In this document: in pieces, positions 38,025 to 50,584 of the stretch | How positions within the stretch are numbered: the stretch's first letter is position 1 | Layout: each line of letters starts with the position of its first letter | Assembly (NCBI GenBank): GCA_964019425.1 | Contig: OZ025805.1 | Span: 496,001-560,000 of the forward strand | Source: Flectonema sp. DT1601 | Taxonomy: Eukaryota | Length of the DNA: 64,000 nt | Reading direction: 5' to 3' | Position numbers and translations under genes: made by a program | Notes under the pieces: model-generated | What the model was told of the DNA's origin: nothing | What the model saw: only the letters and a program-made list of their open reading frames with translations | Databases searched by the model: none

Positions 38025-39893
38025 ATGAGCGAATCCCGACGAGTTGGTATGAAGAAGAAGACTCGCAATGAAAAGAGATACAGCAACATATTGGATTACT
38101 TGGATGGTGTGGACGCCTATTCTGTCAGTTCTGTTTCAACTGTTGAGCAGTCAGGTTTCCTTACGAAGTCAGCATTAGCTAATCACATCGAACTGATGGA
38201 TACCTCGTCAGTATCTGGTGAGACTGAGACACTAACTGTTGGAGGTACTGTTAATGATGCTGAGTCTGTCTTCACAGGTGTGAAAGCAAAGATTGATAAA
38301 CTTCATCATGAGAGCAGACAGAAAGATAAAGTAATCGAAGAACTTAAATTGGTAATCAAAAAGAATGAAACTCGAGAACACAACAGGATAGCAGAAACAC
38401 AAGCTGCTAATGAAGACCACACTCGGATTCTAAAACAAGATTACGAGAATGTTGTTAAAAGAAATGTTACACTACTTAATCAACTTCTCGAGGATAAGGA
38501 AAGACTCACAACACAACTCATTGACACTCAAGAAGCTCTACAAAAACAAGAAGACACCACTGAGAGGAAGAGTAAGAAGACCGAACAACAACACCTCTCA
38601 CAGATTGCTAATATCAAAACGCAACTGACTACAACAGAAAAACAAAAACGAGCTCAATGGATCGCTTCGGAAACAAAGAAAATAAAAGCAGCTGCAGTCA
38701 AAGCATTAGAACCCGACATCGCAATGTTATTATCAAAACATAAATCTGAGATCAGACGAGTTGAGGAAGAACACAATACAGAACTCAGACGTAAAGATCA
38801 AATATTAAACGACCGAAACAGAGAAATAACAACTTTAACATCGAAGGCGGCATCAGACAGAGAGGACGCGTTATCTAATGTAAGAGAAAGTTTTCATGAC
38901 AGACTAAATGACCAATCGAGGAGACTTGAAACTCGGATGGATGAAGAGCGAAGAACTCATCTCCGGGAACGTCAACTTCTCGAAGAGTCGATTGAAGAAG
39001 AACGCCGGTCTTATCGAATGAAAGTCCAGTCGTTGGAACAATCCCTCACTGAGAGTAGAAATAATGAAGACAACGCTCAAAGAAGTCTGCATCATTCTCT
39101 TGAAGATCATAAAAAAGAAATTCGACAGGCGAAGGACTCAGAAATAGCTGCCCTGCGTACCCAACTTGAGTCTGATAAGAATATGGAAATTGAACTTTTG
39201 AATGAAAAACTTCGGAGAGAAGCATCTGATTTCCTCAAAACAAAAGAAGAAGACCTCACAGCAAAACTAACATCCCAAAGAGATTTAGAAGTTAATAATA
39301 TCATATCGAAACTCGAGGATGAAACTTTGCGAATGAACGATGAAAGCAGACATCAACAACGACGGCTGCAGGAACTTTTGACAAACGCCGAACGAGAACG
39401 AGACGTTCAGACGTGTAAGTTGAAGAATTGCGAAGAAGAAAATCGAGAACTGAAAAATATAATAAACGAAAAGGATGATTTACTATCTGACCAGTCTTCT
39501 CGTATCCGAAGAGAGAGAGAACGTTGGGAAGCAGAACGAGATGATGTCGAAGGCGGGTTTGCTTCTCGTCTTCGGTCATCTGAAGTGATGATCGAATCTC
39601 GTTTTGAATCTCGTCTTTCTGAAGCTGCTGCAGCTCAAAGATCACTCGAAGCTGAAATAGAAAAGTTCCACCAGCAGTTTGTTCGTCAAAAACAACAAAC
39701 TTCTGATCAACTAGACGACCGCGATGAGAAACATGGAGAAGAACTAGAAGCTGTTCAACAACGTGTGGTCACAACAATCACAAAGAAGGATCAAGAAATT
39801 GCTGTTCATCGCGAGACTATTCGAAAATTAGAATCAAAGATCCGACAGCACGATGACCTCCTACTCAGACAGAAACATCTCATATCACCTTGA
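38025..39893 (+). CDS. CEP131: CEP131/AZI1-like centrosomal coiled-coil protein
   Basis: Long coiled coil. EKQKRAQWIASETKKIKAAAVKALEPDIAMLLSKHKSEI resembles the conserved CEP131 block as I recall it. Confidence 0.7.
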   Translation: MSESRRVGMKKKTRNEKRYSNILDYLDGVDAYSVSSVSTVEQSGFLTKSALANHIELMDTSSVSGETETLTVGGTVNDAESVFTGVKAKIDKLHHESRQKDKVIEELKLVIKKNETREHNRIAETQAANEDHTRILKQDYENVVKRNVTLLNQLLEDKERLTTQLIDTQEALQKQEDTTERKSKKTEQQHLSQIANIKTQLTTTEKQKRAQWIASETKKIKAAAVKALEPDIAMLLSKHKSEIRRVEEEHNTELRRKDQILNDRNREITTLTSKAASDREDALSNVRESFHDRLNDQSRRLETRMDEERRTHLRERQLLEESIEEERRSYRMKVQSLEQSLTESRNNEDNAQRSLHHSLEDHKKEIRQAKDSEIAALRTQLESDKNMEIELLNEKLRREASDFLKTKEEDLTAKLTSQRDLEVNNIISKLEDETLRMNDESRHQQRRLQELLTNAERERDVQTCKLKNCEEENRELKNIINEKDDLLSDQSSRIRRERERWEAERDDVEGGFASRLRSSEVMIESRFESRLSEAAAAQRSLEAEIEKFHQQFVRQKQQTSDQLDDRDEKHGEELEAVQQRVVTTITKKDQEIAVHRETIRKLESKIRQHDDLLLRQKHLISP

Positions 39894-40278
39894 GAGTCAG
39901 ACAGAACTCATTCTCCCTTTTTTTTTTTAAGAAAATATTTTTGTTTTCCCTACGAATAGCAGGGGAAGTTTTTGTAATTTTCCTTTCTTCTTCTTTTTTT
40001 TTTTTTTTTCCACTTTAAAATTGTTAAACAAAAAAAGAAATCACACATAGAAAACACATTAGAAAAATAGAATTAACTGAAGTCAGTCTCTTGTGGAGTT
40101 CCATTTTATTTTCTTCTTTTCTGTCAGTAAACTCAAATAGATGACAACACAGATCGCAGTAATGTTTTCAGATCCGACCTGAAGTCTGAACTCTGATGAT
40201 GAGAAACAAGTTGAGTAAAGTCTGTTAGTAATGTAAACTAATTCTTTTTTTTTACATCAGATTTATTGTTTTTATTTT

Positions 40279-40899
40279 ATGTCCGACAAGACTGCCATCG
40301 TCATCCGACACGCTGAGTCAGAATTTAATTATGAACTCGACGGTGATAACGATAAGAGATTCGATGAGAAGATGAAGAAACTAGTCGACTGTGGTATTAC
40401 AGAAAAAGGAATTCAAAAATGTAAAGAAATGACCGGAACTGTGACAGCAGATATTGTTGTGATCAGTCCTTTGAGGAGAGCAATTGAAACAGCGATGTTA
40501 ATATTTCCTGGAATAGTGACTGGAGATGTTCCGCATGTAATCCAACCTCTCGCTGCTGAACACCTTCTTGACACCTGCGATATTGGAAGTGATCGAGAGC
40601 AGCTTAAGAATAGATTTCCCTGGATAAACACTTCCCTTTTAACAACAGATCGATGGTGGTATTCTGGAAAAGATCTCAACGACATTTGGAAAGACATGCA
40701 ATCCCCTCCATTTGAACCCGAAGAACACTTCGAATCTCGTGTTTCAAAACTCCGACAATACTTGACCACCCTAACCGATGATAAAATAGTTGTCGTCGCT
40801 CACTCAAATGTGATCTTCTGTCTAACTCAGTATGAGAAAGAAGGAGAGATCTTTGGTCAATGGGTCGACAACAACGCTTGTGTTGAGATACCACTTTAA
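40279..40899 (+). CDS. Histidine phosphatase / phosphoglycerate-mutase family protein
   Basis: IRHAES, SPLRRAIET and VVAHS catalytic motifs. Confidence 0.9.
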   Translation: MSDKTAIVIRHAESEFNYELDGDNDKRFDEKMKKLVDCGITEKGIQKCKEMTGTVTADIVVISPLRRAIETAMLIFPGIVTGDVPHVIQPLAAEHLLDTCDIGSDREQLKNRFPWINTSLLTTDRWWYSGKDLNDIWKDMQSPPFEPEEHFESRVSKLRQYLTTLTDDKIVVVAHSNVIFCLTQYEKEGEIFGQWVDNNACVEIPL

Positions 40900-41061
40900 T
40901 GTGATTTATATTAACAACGAATGGTTCTATCCGTTACCTAACCTTTAGGATGGAAACCTTTTCTTTTTTTTTTTTTTTTTTTTTTTGTAAAGTGTCCCAT
41001 GAAGTTCTTTACAACAGAAAAATAAAATAACAACAACCATGAGAATGTCAGAACACAAACT

Positions 41062-41766
41062 TTGATGAGCTGTCGAGTTCCGAGTTTCTATTTTGACAAG
41101 ACCAGCACGAGGAGTCAGAGAAACAAGTCATCTTCGAGAACTGGACATAATCAAGGGAATGACATAATGTACGATATTGAAAACAACATCAGCGACCACC
41201 GAAAGATTCAAATGTCAATCAGAAGAACAGGACGAGGAGATAAGATGAGCGGCAATCGACTGTTGGACTCACAAATGAACACAAACAACCTCTCATACAA
41301 CGTCGAATGGTCGACTCAAGAGAAGAAGACTCACGGATTTATTGACATAGCGAGATCCCTTCCCAGTAAAGGATTGAATAAAAAAGTATTCTTAAAACCG
41401 ACGGGAGGTACTATCGGATGTGCTTACGAAGATCCGGCAATGAAATACATACCTGGACCGTTTATTAAGAAACAGATTTCTCGATGTCAAAGAAATCGAG
41501 TTGGATATGTTGTTTCTGATTGGCAATCAGTAGAATGGAACAGCCAACAACATCCTCTCAATGTGAAGTATCAGCTGACTGATAAACGACGAACAGATAA
41601 GTTTGCTACATTTGCTAAACTTGTTCCAAAAGTCTCATTTAAAAATCCGACTGATCTTTCATTCGCAAACTCCGAATGTACTTCACAAATTGACATCTCA
41701 TTCAACGCCACAAAACGACCAATCAGCAGATCAATAAGACTCGGACCTGGTCTTCGAACTCGCTGA
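41062..41766 (+). CDS. Hypothetical protein
   Basis: 234-aa ORF with coding-like composition. The start is uncertain (TTG in the track; first in-frame ATG at 41065). Confidence 0.55.
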   Translation: MMSCRVPSFYFDKTSTRSQRNKSSSRTGHNQGNDIMYDIENNISDHRKIQMSIRRTGRGDKMSGNRLLDSQMNTNNLSYNVEWSTQEKKTHGFIDIARSLPSKGLNKKVFLKPTGGTIGCAYEDPAMKYIPGPFIKKQISRCQRNRVGYVVSDWQSVEWNSQQHPLNVKYQLTDKRRTDKFATFAKLVPKVSFKNPTDLSFANSECTSQIDISFNATKRPISRSIRLGPGLRTR

Positions 41767-41893
41767 ATATATTATTTTGGAGTGAACTTACGTTCTCTCT
41801 GAGGGAGGAACTTGGTAATAAACTTTTTTGAAATGACTCTCTTCTCTCTCTGTGTTTTTCAAAATGATTTGTTTGTACAGTCAAACAACATAA

Positions 41894-42484
41894 ATGAGTT
41901 TTCATCTTCTGGTTGAGAACACCAAAAGGGAAATCGACGAGGAATTAGTTATTAATGAAACCCCTTCAGAGTCTGATGTTCGACTACCGCGATCTGTATT
42001 TCAACAGAATAGAAATTGGGCTCTTGTCGCTATCGAGAATGCGGATATAACAGCGAGGGAGTCGCTGTTGTTGTACAACTCATCATCACGGTTATCACCT
42101 CCTCAAGGGATTACTGTTGGAATTGTTCATAAAGCCCCTCCATTAGCTAGTCACATCCCACCTAACCTAGTACCTGGGCAGTGGGACGTTGTGAGTCATC
42201 ACAGGATTCCTCCACCGAGAACGAGGCAATTGGCACTGGCACCTACAAGTGCGAGGACAGCACTGCGAGAAATATTAAAACAGCCGAGGTGTCCTCCTGG
42301 TATTCGACTGAAGAAAGTGAAACGAGGATTTATTAATAAAATGAATTTTTATAAAGCAACCGCTCCCACTATCGCAATAACTATTCCGAAACCACCTCAG
42401 GATCCTCCTCCTGGAGCTGGCGATTCAATCCCACGTCTGAACACAAATCGAAGTTTTCTAAAACGAAAGCGACTTAAACGATAA
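41894..42484 (+). CDS. Hypothetical Pro/Arg-rich protein
   Basis: 196-aa ATG-initiated ORF preceded by an AG acceptor-like site. Confidence 0.6.
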   Translation: MSFHLLVENTKREIDEELVINETPSESDVRLPRSVFQQNRNWALVAIENADITARESLLLYNSSSRLSPPQGITVGIVHKAPPLASHIPPNLVPGQWDVVSHHRIPPPRTRQLALAPTSARTALREILKQPRCPPGIRLKKVKRGFINKMNFYKATAPTIAITIPKPPQDPPPGAGDSIPRLNTNRSFLKRKRLKR

Positions 42485-42675
42485 AAAAAATAAAAAAAGA
42501 AAATTATATATTTACACGCAATTCATATTTCTCATTATGAAGATCGTTTTTTTTTTTTTTTTTTTTTTTTTTTCAAGTTAAAAACAGTTTTGATGATAAT
42601 AAAGTCCTCAAATTATTAAAAAATAATATAATTTCTTTTTTTTTTTTACCCACAAACAGTAAACAACAACACCCA

Positions 42676-44205
42676 ATGTTCAAAACATATTTCGTTGTTG
42701 TCACTTTTATTCAGATAGCTGTGGCAGAGATGCTGACGGATATCGTCCCTGTTGGTGAAGGTTTGATAGGGGATAAAACAATTTTAAAAAATGACATGAA
42801 AAAAGGAGAAGTAGTTTTTAAACAAAAATTAAGTGACATAGTTCATGCAGATGGCGCTGCGGAAATTGTGTTTGGAGAGAATGGTGGGAGTGAGAAACAC
42901 GAAATATCATCTATACTGTCATCTTCGAGGGGTGAAGATGAGAACGAAGAAACATCGACGGCTTACACACCTCCTCACTTACTTATTCATGATGATGAGG
43001 CAACTGAATTGGCAATCGCAATGCTGCTGATCGATAAGTACAATGAATGGTATCATGATCATTTTATATTTACAACAGAAGACGTTAGACAGCTCTCACC
43101 CGGATTTCAAAGAGAATTCTCTTTAATAACAAAGAGAGCTGACAACTGGTTTTCAACATTATCGAAGTTGAAATCTTCGTCTTGGAAGTCACGGATGTCA
43201 ACCGATGATCAAAAATTAAAAATAAAAGAAATACTACTTTGGGTATCCCTAACACTTCGTCAACGTGGTCTGCTATCTCCATTTGGTACTTTAATCTCAC
43301 CGATCATGATATCTATGAGGCAGGCTCACAGTAATTGTAATGTACTCACTCTTCACATGCCAGACGACAATACGGTAATTGGAGTTCTACAGAATGACGC
43401 AAAGAAAGGAAGTGAAGTTTGTATCGCTTACTCACCTTCATTATCAAGACAAGAGCTACTTGTCAGATATTACGTTTGGGATGAAAAGATTCCAATTGGA
43501 ATTCATTACTACGTACCTGAAGCTGAAGAGGAGGATCTTATTTTAAAACATTTCGGATGCGAGTCTGGAGAGATATTTCTGTCTCAGAATGGAAAGTTAT
43601 CTGATTCAGCAGAATTATGTTTTCGGTTGGCACAGCTTCCGTCTAATGTACGATCAGATCACAGAGAGCTCTTTAAAAGTAAAGAAGCTCAAAACGAAGC
43701 CTTTGCGGCTCTGGGAACGCTGACTCTGACGGCATTGGATTCGTACTACGGGGTTTCCGACGGAGGGAACTTCAGTTTTAGCGAAACTTTAACTGACAAC
43801 GTTGAGTCGATATTCGACTTCGTTGATCAACGAGGAGACGAGGGAGATATGCCCCCAGAACTCATTGCTTTAATTAAGGAACGGGAAGGTCAACAAAAAG
43901 GAGCAGCAGATCCACAACAGGAAGAAGAAGAAGAAGAAGAAGAAGTAGAATCGATTACAGAACTGGAGTCCGAAGATGTTATCGACATTGTTCCGACACC
44001 TAAGTTTATTATCCAACTCGATGTCCTTCTTCACTCAGTTGTACCAGAACTGATGGTATTCTTAAGCAACACTCACAACAGTTGGAGTAACGGAATAAAG
44101 AACATCATCAAGACTCGCCTCTCCTATGATCAGGCTGAGGCTGAGCGAATACGCGAACAAGTTCGAAGGAATCTCGAAGACTATGAACTGAGTAGCGATC
44201 CTTGA
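42676..44205 (+). CDS. Signal-peptide protein with a divergent SET / Rubisco-LSMT-like fold
   Basis: 509 aa. NDMKKGEVVF, AHSNCNV, NDAKKGSEVCIAYS and ELLVRY resemble SETD3/LSMT motifs, but the NH catalytic motif is degenerate. Confidence 0.65.
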   Translation: MFKTYFVVVTFIQIAVAEMLTDIVPVGEGLIGDKTILKNDMKKGEVVFKQKLSDIVHADGAAEIVFGENGGSEKHEISSILSSSRGEDENEETSTAYTPPHLLIHDDEATELAIAMLLIDKYNEWYHDHFIFTTEDVRQLSPGFQREFSLITKRADNWFSTLSKLKSSSWKSRMSTDDQKLKIKEILLWVSLTLRQRGLLSPFGTLISPIMISMRQAHSNCNVLTLHMPDDNTVIGVLQNDAKKGSEVCIAYSPSLSRQELLVRYYVWDEKIPIGIHYYVPEAEEEDLILKHFGCESGEIFLSQNGKLSDSAELCFRLAQLPSNVRSDHRELFKSKEAQNEAFAALGTLTLTALDSYYGVSDGGNFSFSETLTDNVESIFDFVDQRGDEGDMPPELIALIKEREGQQKGAADPQQEEEEEEEEVESITELESEDVIDIVPTPKFIIQLDVLLHSVVPELMVFLSNTHNSWSNGIKNIIKTRLSYDQAEAERIREQVRRNLEDYELSSDP

Positions 44206-45149
44206 GCTGGTTTTAAAAAAAAAAACATGAAAATAATGTTAGCGAGTTTTTTTTTTTTTTTTTTTTTTTAGACATTTTTTTTAACAATTTAATATTATTA
44301 TTTACCTAATTCATTTTTTTTACGTTTTTTTTTTTTGGCAGAAAGTTTTTCTTAATTAATTCCATTTTGTCAAAAAAAAACAGATTTCAAAGAATGTTTC
44401 CAATCGAACCACCTTACAGTTGACAATTCGAATCAGACGTTGATCTTATTTATTCCATTCAAACAGATAATTCATTGTAAAACATTATAAGTACTTACAC
44501 ATTCACATTAAGTTTGGAGTCGCTTTTGTTCATTTTATTCATAATTAGGGATACAAGCTATGTCCTAATTGGAAAAATATAAGTATTGTGGCATCATCAC
44601 GTGTTCGTGATGTATTTTAAATTTTTTTTTCTAGATTCATGGTGTTTCAATACGCAGCAGCGATAGATAGGAAAGAACTACGAAGCAAAGGAAGCACTTG
44701 CACATTTGACTAGTGGGGAATACCTGGCAAAGCAGCTATCCGCACTCAACACTGGATCACGGCAGGAGATGGTGGAGTTGCGGGAGGAACTGAATGATAG
44801 ATTTCAAGAGCTGTGGGCAAGGATTCCACGAAAGCTATGCAATTCATGAAATTTATAAACAACTCAAGCCAAGTACTTCCTTTGCTTTGGATGCCATTTT
44901 CTAAGATTCCAAGAACCTAATCAGGTTGTGCTCTGTTATGCTCAGAGAAGGGGGAGTGTGCTCGTCGAATGCAACATATGTTTTGTTTTGATTGGCTGGG
45001 TGGTGAAGTGAAAATAGAAGAAACAATTAGGGACAGCCTCTCCCCATCCTCCCCCACGTCTTCACGTTTTATTAATATTATTACTTATGTTAGTATTATA
45101 AAGTTTATTACTGTTTCTACATTGTCAAACTATCACCATTCAGCAAACA

Positions 45150-48006
45150 ATGTCTCACCCAAACATGGATGAACACTTTGCGGGTTTAGCGGAGAGTGAA
45201 AAGCTGGAGACCCGCATTGCACGATTGCAGGAGGAGCTGAATTGAAGTTTACAATACGCAGAAAAGAGAGGGACTCGGGTGAACGTGTAAAAGCTGAGAT
45301 CCGCAAGGAAATTGTTGAAACCAACATCGTCAAAGCTGAGAATCAGAAAAATTTCTGGAAATTGAAGGAAGAGAATCAGAAAAATATCCGGAAATTGGAA
45401 GAAGAGGAGATGCAGGTCAGGTTCGGAAAAGGTATTTTGGTATCACTGCAAAAGAGAGGGGTTTCTACCTGAGTCGGCTGGAAACTGCAATCGCCGATGC
45501 TAAAGCTGAGAAAACACGACTCGCACTCGTTGGATCACAAGTATGCTTTTTACTTTTTTGAATTGGGGAAAAGGGGTAGGGGCTCGGAAAGGTGGTGTGA
45601 CAAAGTGAACCGCCATTGTTTTATATGTCAGGTTTATGACTCTAACAATATTAATAAGATACCGAAAAGGTGTTTTATTAAAGATGGCTCCAAAATCATG
45701 GAAAAAACCATAGACTTTGAGCACAAGACCAATGGAAACAAGGCATGCTTTAACGCCTCTCAAAAGATCAAACATTATCAGATTGATCCAAAAAAAGAAC
45801 ACTTTAAGAAAGCTCAAGTTTTAACCCGAGTATTTCATGGAAGGATAAATTTTTCAAGAAATGGGAATAAAAAGGTTACGATGGATAATTCGAATATTTC
45901 AAAGAATGTCACCAATAAACCCAGCCAGGTTGCGAACTAGTAACAGCATGAGGAATGTTTTTTTTATATACATGCATGATAACAAAGTAACTGCATCCTA
46001 GTAACTTAGGTTGTGACTTGTTTTCTACTTTACCATGAGTTTTATTGAAAAGCTGTTTTACTTACCGTTTAGTTAACCTTCCCAACACTAAAACAGGGTG
46101 GTCACAAAGTGGAATATTTGTTAGAGTGTGATAGTGAAGAAGGAAATGCGATCTTGAAGAGATGGGAACACCTAAAGTTCGATCCTTACAATCAGGAGTT
46201 GATTTGTCGCGAAAGTGCAAAAGAAATAATCCTTGACTACGCTAAGAAGGTGGTGCAGAAGGACGAGAAATATTGGACTCAAGACGATAAATCAAAGTTG
46301 CTGACTTCGTATGGAGTGAAAGGTACGGGCAAAACAGCAGTCATGCGAGCAATGGTCGGATTCGATGGGAAGCCAGGGTGGGTTCAGGCAGCTGACCCAA
46401 ATGCAAGGGCCGTGACGTCTTCATTCAATGAATGTGGTGGCAAGGTTGATATGTTCGGAAATGATTGCGAGAAACTAGGTTTACATCGGACAGACATTGC
46501 ATTCGGTAGGCACATCTTAAGGTACAATGGAATGTGTGAAGAGGATGTTCAAAGGGTTGGAAGCTTCAAAACTGCTGTGTTCCTCCTGCGGAAAAAGCTT
46601 GGGCAAACAATCCCAGGCACCCTGGTCATTGGTATTGATGAACTCGCAATGATTGAGGGAGAAGCTGCCAAAGTGGTGAGCAGTCTTATGCAGCAGCAGG
46701 ATTATTCCATTGGATATCCCGATGCATACGGAGGTGCGGTCATTTTTATCTTGTCCGCATTAACTGAATCTTTCGCTTCGAAAGTGCAAACTGCTTCAGG
46801 TCGCCCTATCCTGACAAACATTCCCCTCCATAACTTGCCACAGGCTGAAGCGTTCGATCTCCTCCCTGCTGACATCAGAAGTGCTGCAAAGAAAGATGGA
46901 CGGATTCAAAAGCTGATTAACCAATGTGGTGGGAATCCACGGGCTTTGTTTGAAGGTGTCATGAACTCAGAGACTACCTTGTAAAGGGGGACCAAGAGGT
47001 GTATGATAGCGATATTGCCAAAGCCCGATCGACAATTCTTAAGGACTGCAAGATAATAAGTACAATTCAGGGTCACACTCTGATGGACATTGTTTCTACT
47101 TGGTTCGCGGTTCAAGAACCCACTGAAGAATGGAGGGATACCATGCGTGGTGCAGGATTCCTCCAACCTGTTCAGGGTAAGGATTCCAATGAGATATTTT
47201 TCCCGCTGATGCTTGCTGAGTGGTCAAAAAGAAAGCAGTTGGGTTCTCTCATGTCGCACCACATTGCAGGCTGCTATGACAGCGACGATCAGATAATGAC
47301 GGGACAAGAGAAGAGGGTCGAGCATCTGTTAATGCACTATGAGATAGTTCGAAAGGTGGCATACCATCATCTGAAAAAGAAGCCACCGATCGGTGCATTC
47401 TTCAAGCACTCAACTGTCAGTCCTGCAACAAAAGCTACCGATCGTAAATGCGACCTGCTTAGGGCTGAAGATACGTTCCTGATCGAATTTAATGATTTAT
47501 CTACAAACTTAGTCAGTCATGTTTCGAAGTTTAAGGAGCTTACTGACGGTGATTGGAAGTCATTCAGCTATGGGCACACTCTCTACTCCGATCTCTCCAA
47601 CGAAAAAGGAATTGAATACATCACACCCCACTTTCGTCTGATCAATGGAAAGTCAGTCCTCACAGCAGAAGTGTGCCAGATCAAATATACACAGTCGGCT
47701 GATTGGCCCAATTGGCAAGAGAAGCTCAAGACATCACCTGGGGTGAAAGCACTCAACAAGAAGAAGATCCCCTGGTTTGCTGTGTACTATGTTAGCCATT
47801 CCCCTATTCCCCAGACATACAAGACCGACTGTATTCATTTTCCGAAAGACGCCCTGGACAAGTTCACTGCTCCGTTAGGGATACTGCACCTTGAGAAGGA
47901 AACACTGAAATCCCCCCTTTCTGGGGCAATGTTGAGACATCGCCCATGGGTGTCACCTGCTAAGCTACCTTCTCGGATCCCGCGAGTTCTTTTGAAAATG
48001 TTCTAA
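45150..48006 (+). pseudogene. Crinkler/RHS-like P-loop NTPase + restriction-endonuclease-fold gene, frameshifted
   Basis: Walker A GVKGTGKT and Walker B LVIGIDE lie in 46109-46984. A one-base frame change near 46970 continues into 46999-48006 with KGIEYI...EVCQIKYT (PD-(D/E)xK-like). Whether the frameshifted coiled-coil 5' exon from 45150 belongs to this gene is tentative. Confidence 0.6.
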
Positions 48007-49480
48007 TCTGCCGCTTCTAACGTCTTTTGTTATTCCCGTTCTTCCATCCTTTCTTCTCAACCATTTGAATGTGTGGAATCATAATTTGTTTTGGTATCGT
48101 TATGTTATGTCAACGATGTGCCAACACAAATAGAATTCCTTTGCTCTATGTTCCTTTTTTTTTTGAAATAAATCACGCTGGTGCCAACCTGTATGGTTGG
48201 TCTGCCCCTGCAAATCTTATGACTTCGTTCACAAGGGATGAACTGAACCTGGTGTCGGATTTGAACGTCCACATCCAGAAATAGTGATAGCAATAGTAGT
48301 CATTGTTGTATCTCAATGGATGGGTTTTATAGAACGTCGTTCTTTAGCAAAACCAAGTATCTATTTTATCTAACATACAAGACCGACTGTTAGTACAGAA
48401 GTTACAGGTGATAAGCATATTGAGGTCCCCCCTATTCCCATGAAGGACAATTCTGTAAGATCTCTTGTAGTTCTCGCATAGAACTTAGAAGGACACAGGA
48501 GATGGTATTATTTCGGTAAAACCTCCCCACCCTGGACTTTGCCCAACATTTAATGTTGAACTATGTAATTGTTGCTAACAACCCTGTTATTCCAAACTTA
48601 TTTTGGTTTTTATGTGTTATTTTTGTTGTTTTTATCTTTTTTTATTTTCTTATTTGCAAAACTTAAATGAGATTATTCGAGTCCGTGTCATGCGGTCTCG
48701 TTCTCCTTTTGCAAAAATTCTTCACAAAGCTTTTATTATTTGTGTGATGTAGGTTTTTCCTCCTTGTTTGGCAGTCTTGCTTTTCTCTTATGTTCACTTT
48801 AAGTAAAAAAAAAAAAAGATTATTATTTTGGTAATCAAGTCGTTTTAATTGTCAACTCTTTAACAGGGAATGGATATTATTAATTTGGTGATTTGGTATA
48901 TTTCAGATGTCTTTTTTTTATATTAGTTGTCAAAAACAGGTCGTAGAAAATATAAAAAAAATTGATTCAAAATTTTGATACTCAAAAACTGCCCACTCAG
49001 AAGTGACATTGTTTCCTTACAACTCATTAATAAAGTCAGAGAAGATGTTTTTTTGTGAGAGGATGAGATAGACAAACATTTTTCAGCTTTTTCTTAGTTG
49101 CTCATTTTTTGGTAGATGGCTCAGATATCTCACCTACTAGCTTCATTCTTTCTACAGTCTTATGTTATTACTTTGCAAGTGTGTTGTGTGTTGGGAGATT
49201 TCACCAGACTAAAAAATATAATCAAAAGGAGAGTCCGGGGGACAACGACAGGAAGCGGCGAGCACGGTGAGGGATGGAAATGATGGAGGCCCGACACCAA
49301 CTACCAACAACAAGAAACCCACTCTGCCAGAGTGGTACATTCACGCAGCGTGGGCTAAAGCAACACCTACGCTTAAATTCTCAGAAGCAATCGATGCCTC
49401 CAAAAACAACTCGGACGGACTCGTGGTCATCAGCTCAAAGGCTGATTATGAAGCACTGAAGCAAACACGAACGAAGGGCG

Positions 49481-50572
49481 ACTGGGCTTCCATGTTACTC
49501 CCGCTTCCTTAGCAAATCCATCCATTCTTCTTGTCGCCGCCTCTACATCTTCCTTCTTACCAAACAACCTTATGTTGTCAACCCACCAATGAATACCAAC
49601 ATGTTTCTCAGCAAACTCCTCCCTCACAAACATTGGATCACCGGCCACAACTGCTGCAATGGTGTTCATGATTTCCGGTGCACAAACATGTCCCATTGGC
49701 AATCGTGTCAAAGCAAAAGTCCTTCCAGATGAATCGAAAAATGTAAAGAACTTCTGTGACTGTTCTGGTATTTGGATCTGAAAGAAACCAGTCTTGAAAT
49801 CCCTGCATGAAGCCACCTCAGAACGAACTGCATCCAAGTAGTATGAGATTCGGCTCGTATAGCGGAACATTCGGCTCATATCCAAAATCTGTCAGGTTTT
49901 CATTTGCTTCTCGCGTCCATAAAATGAAGCGTTGCCAGCCCCTCTCCTCATACACTGTAAAAGGTATGTTCTCAGACAAAGGGGCCGTGCCAACAGGTAC
50001 CGCAATCCCACAGTTTACAAATTCTTCTGCGTGTTCAGAGCTGAAACGTGATTTCTTCCTTCCAACCCGGTTCATTTTCTAGAATTCATTCAGGTAATTT
50101 TCCACCAAGCTTAGCACCGGAAAGAAATAATCAAAGGAATCAGACAGAAAAGTGTATGATTCCGAAGTTGGAAAAATGAACAAAACAACAGACATTTTTT
50201 ATATATTCTTTAGCCTTCTATTTTTCAAAAGAAATTCTTTATACAGCTCGATCACTTCTTTCTCTCACACTCACGTTTTCGAAGTGGAGCTGAGTCCAAC
50301 GAAAACGGACTTCAGTTACCCCGCCGCAGCGAGCCACCTCGAACCAGGGTGTTCTTGCAATCGCGCGTTCTAGTGTAATCGCTTGTTTTTGGTGCGTGTG
50401 TAGTTTTTAAGTTTTATTATTTCGACAGGTGCAAAGCATGGAAGGGCAATTACTCCTTTAACACAGGGAACGATAAAGACAAGACATGCTTGAACCTCTC
50501 CAAGATCGCTGGATGCATTCTGTCTTGAACCATCTCAAGATCCAGAAACTGGTTTCAGTTGAGGCAACATGG
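49481..50572 (-). mobile_element. Decayed RT fragment of a related YR retrotransposon, interrupted by a mini-element
   Basis: Translates to HVAS..LDLEMVQDRMHPAILERF, HAEEFVNCGIAVP, DFKTGFFQ, LPMGHVCAPE, WWVDN and TWKPS, collinear with the RT of 52037-55144. It is frameshifted. Confidence 0.9.
50078..50452 (+). mobile_element. About 375-bp non-coding mini-element with YR-family termini
   Basis: The start TCTAGAATTCATTCAGGTAATTTTCCACC..AGCACC resembles the start of A. The end CAGGTGCA..GGAAGGGCAATTA resembles the end of B. Removing it rejoins the RT remnant. Confidence 0.75.
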
Positions 50573-50584
50573 TAATTAGCCTTC

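Noticed and set aside
45497..45940. 147-aa ORF inside the NTPase pseudogene region
   Set aside because: No recognisable domain. It may be intronic or an unrelated insertion.
49200..49480. Coding-like + strand fragment abutting the RT remnant
   Set aside because: Possibly a piece of another TE, but it has no recognisable motif and is too short to call.
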